From the NCBI GenBank assembly GCA_024680795.1, contig JAILBR010000030.1, positions 7,594-71,593 of the forward strand: DNA of 64,000 nucleotides, written 5' to 3'. The DNA is from Bacilli bacterium (lineage in GTDB: Bacteria > Bacillota_I > Bacilli_A > RFN20 > CAG-826). Every line of letters begins with the position of its first letter. Positions within the stretch are counted from its first letter, which is position 1. This document shows, piece after piece, positions 62,105-64,000 of the stretch. The notes beneath the pieces are model-generated. The model made no database searches. It was not told the origin of the DNA and saw only the letters and a list, made by a program, of their open reading frames with translations. The position numbers and the translations under genes are program-made.

Positions 62105-64000
62105 ATGAGAAAAAGAACAAAGACTTTAATCACAATCGTCGCAGCGGCTATGGCAATTCCTGCTCTTTTTGGATGTTCAGATAAGAGCTTTAGTCAATGG
62201 GCTGCCGATGTTGAAAATGGTTGGAATGATTTTGTCAATGACTTAGACGATACCGGTGACAAGATAAAAGATGGCTTAGATGATGCAGGGCAAACAATAA
62301 AGGATGGAATAGAAGATGCTGGACAAAATATTCAAGATGGTTGGAATGATTTTGCCGACAATGTTAAAGATACAGTAGACAATATCAGTCAAGGCGCCCA
62401 AAGCTTTGGAAATCAGGTTGGAGAGTGGTTCACACAGACTTATCAAAATGCAAGCAATGTGACTAGAGATGTTACTAATAAAATCAAAGATTTTACTGTA
62501 GATACTGCTACTAAAATTGGTGATTTTTGTATTGATACGAAAGATAGAATTATGAGCATGTCTTTTACTCCTGATTCATTTGGCAAGTTTACTATAAGAG
62601 ATGCTGCTAGATATGATGTTGATTTGACAGAAGAATATTACAATGATATCGAAACATTTGTTTATTCTTTGGTCTTTCATGAGTTTTCGAAGATTTATAG
62701 AACGTTTGTGGCTAAAGCAACAAATCCTCTTACAAATGAAGAAGTATTAGGTATTGCTGTGGAAGGTGAGTTTGATTCTGAACTTATTGATGATGGTAAC
62801 TGTCAGTATTTCTATGATGAAGAAGACAATGTTTATTCAATAGTAGGCTTTGTTCAAGAGGCTGGTGCTACTCCATTTACTGAGGAAGAACTACGTCAGG
62901 GAATCGATGTTGTCAATGCTGGTGATACTGATGATGACATGGTAAATTACATAATCGGATTAGATATTCCTGATTTTACTAGTCATTTTGTTAGACAAAA
63001 TAAATATGTTGTTTTTGGAATAAAGAATGATGTTATTTTCTTTGACCAATATGATTATTCGCTTTTAGCGTGTTATGAAAATGGCAAAATTGAATATGGC
63101 GGATTATATAACTACGATAATCAAGAATGGATTGATACTGATTATTTTGGAAATGCAAACGAGCATATAACTACTGATGGCAGTTTGTTAACTGGTGCGA
63201 ATACAGTTGGATTAGAGTTATCAACAAGCGAAATAATTGAAAAAATGAGACAAACTAAATTTTCGTTCAGCTTTGATCATTTTTCGAATATGCTTTCCAA
63301 CATAGGTTCTCTTTTGCAGAGTGTTAAATCCAACATTGAAGAGAATACATTTTTAGGCTATAACATGGCTGACATTCTTAATAAGACAGGTGCATTTAAC
63401 GAATCTGACGTTTTAAAAGCAGCGGATAATCAGTTTAATATTTCACCTATACCTGAAAATCCTGATGCAACTGTTTCTCAAACTACTAAGACAGTTCTAA
63501 TTGTTGTTGCTGTTATATTAACTATATTAACGTTATTTGTGTCCTTATTTATGAGAGCATATCCATGGATTGGCTCAATATTCTCGGCTCTATCTGCAGT
63601 AGCAGTTTATATCGCATTTGAAATTTGCAATGGAAAAAACTTTACACAATTAAACTGGACAAAAATCATTATTACTGCGATTGCTGGTGCGTTGGCTCCT
63701 TTCTTAGGGAAAGTTAGTGGTTCTTTAGTTGCTGCTCTTACATCAACAATATTTACCATGATGGATGGCAATTCATTATTGGGTGGCGGTCTTACTTTCA
63801 TGTTTACTTTCATTGTTTCGATTATAATTGCCAATGTGTTTGAAAAGATTGCAAAGTTTATTGATAAAAAAATCCCGAAAATTGGTGAATTCATTGACAA
63901 TCATCAAATTACCTTTGGCCGTAAAAAATTGACTGCAGCCCAGGGAAGAATTCTAAGGCCAGAAGAATTAGATGATAATGCTTCAAGAAAACTATTCAAT
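62105..64000 (+). CDS. Large lipoprotein with 11-residue amphipathic repeats, a globular ectodomain and C-terminal multi-TM region; 3' end outside the window
   Basis: I translated 62105-64000 by hand and found no stop codon (632 codons). The N-terminus ends in the lipobox ALFGC. Residues 38-108 form 11-mer repeats (IKDGLDDAGQT, IKDGIEDAGQN, IQDGWNDFADN, VKDTVDNISQG). Hydrophobic helices lie at about 63490-63850. The start is 8 nt after the WYL gene stop. Confidence 0.7.
   Translation, partial: MRKRTKTLITIVAAAMAIPALFGCSDKSFSQWAADVENGWNDFVNDLDDTGDKIKDGLDDAGQTIKDGIEDAGQNIQDGWNDFADNVKDTVDNISQGAQSFGNQVGEWFTQTYQNASNVTRDVTNKIKDFTVDTATKIGDFCIDTKDRIMSMSFTPDSFGKFTIRDAARYDVDLTEEYYNDIETFVYSLVFHEFSKIYRTFVAKATNPLTNEEVLGIAVEGEFDSELIDDGNCQYFYDEEDNVYSIVGFVQEAGATPFTEEELRQGIDVVNAGDTDDDMVNYIIGLDIPDFTSHFVRQNKYVVFGIKNDVIFFDQYDYSLLACYENGKIEYGGLYNYDNQEWIDTDYFGNANEHITTDGSLLTGANTVGLELSTSEIIEKMRQTKFSFSFDHFSNMLSNIGSLLQSVKSNIEENTFLGYNMADILNKTGAFNESDVLKAADNQFNISPIPENPDATVSQTTKTVLIVVAVILTILTLFVSLFMRAYPWIGSIFSALSAVAVYIAFEICNGKNFTQLNWTKIIITAIAGALAPFLGKVSGSLVAALTSTIFTMMDGNSLLGGGLTFMFTFIVSIIIANVFEKIAKFIDKKIPKIGEFIDNHQITFGRKKLTAAQGRILRPEELDDNASRKLFN

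Noticed and set aside
1-64000. Search by eye for CRISPR arrays, rRNA genes, IS elements, transposases, integrases and prophage structural genes
   Set aside because: I found no regularly spaced repeats and no ORF with DDE, tyrosine-recombinase or serine-recombinase motifs. The accessory region therefore cannot be called a mobile element from this window.
1-64000. Possibility of Mollicutes genetic code 4 (TGA = Trp)
   Set aside because: Several well-supported genes terminate at TGA in translational-coupling junctions (ATGA at 50549-50552, 55031-55034 and 59239-59242). Trp positions in conserved proteins are encoded by TGG. The standard code 11 fits.

Overview
Low-GC (about 30-35% by eye) chromosomal segment from a Firmicutes/Mollicutes-like bacterium. 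It uses the standard genetic code: TGA acts as a stop in translationally coupled ATGA junctions and Trp is TGG. This fits an Acholeplasma- or Erysipelotrichia-like organism rather than a Mycoplasma. Positions 1-48.4 kb are mostly housekeeping. They include a sufCDSUB Fe-S cluster operon followed by mnmG-rsmG, an FMN riboswitch in front of a riboflavin-transporter-like gene overlapped by a TerD-family gene, and a sugar/glycopolymer block (GH2, phosphoglycosyl transferase, a GalM-GalK fusion, an IspD/TarI cytidylyltransferase). They also include three surface proteases (S8, C11 clostripain-like, M6-like Zn protease), the conserved pth-mfd-S4-tilS-ftsH-dus...lysS block, two tRNAs, an ABC-F ATPase and a large cell-surface GH13 amylase. 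From about 48.4 kb to the window end the content changes to a conflict/defence-island-like region. Its first part holds an orphan HipA-like kinase bracketed by a 34-bp direct repeat, a DUF3990 (ART-like motif) gene coupled to an HTH-containing partner, YhhN, a GNAT and a tandem-domain RhuM-like protein. The most interesting part is a co-directional 11-gene locus at about 54.3-64.0 kb. It combines the TerY-P triad (two vWA proteins, a PP2C phosphatase and a Ser/Thr kinase) with a proteasome/HslV-type Ntn hydrolase that has an N-terminal Ser, a 38-aa membrane peptide, two DUF4097-like beta-proteins, a lipoprotein, a WYL-domain regulator and a large lipoprotein/multi-TM protein. A shared ACAT-N5-ATGT palindrome precedes its three apparent transcription units. 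I found no CRISPR array, rRNA, transposase or integrase. All calls come from reading the sequence and recognising motifs. No database search was run.
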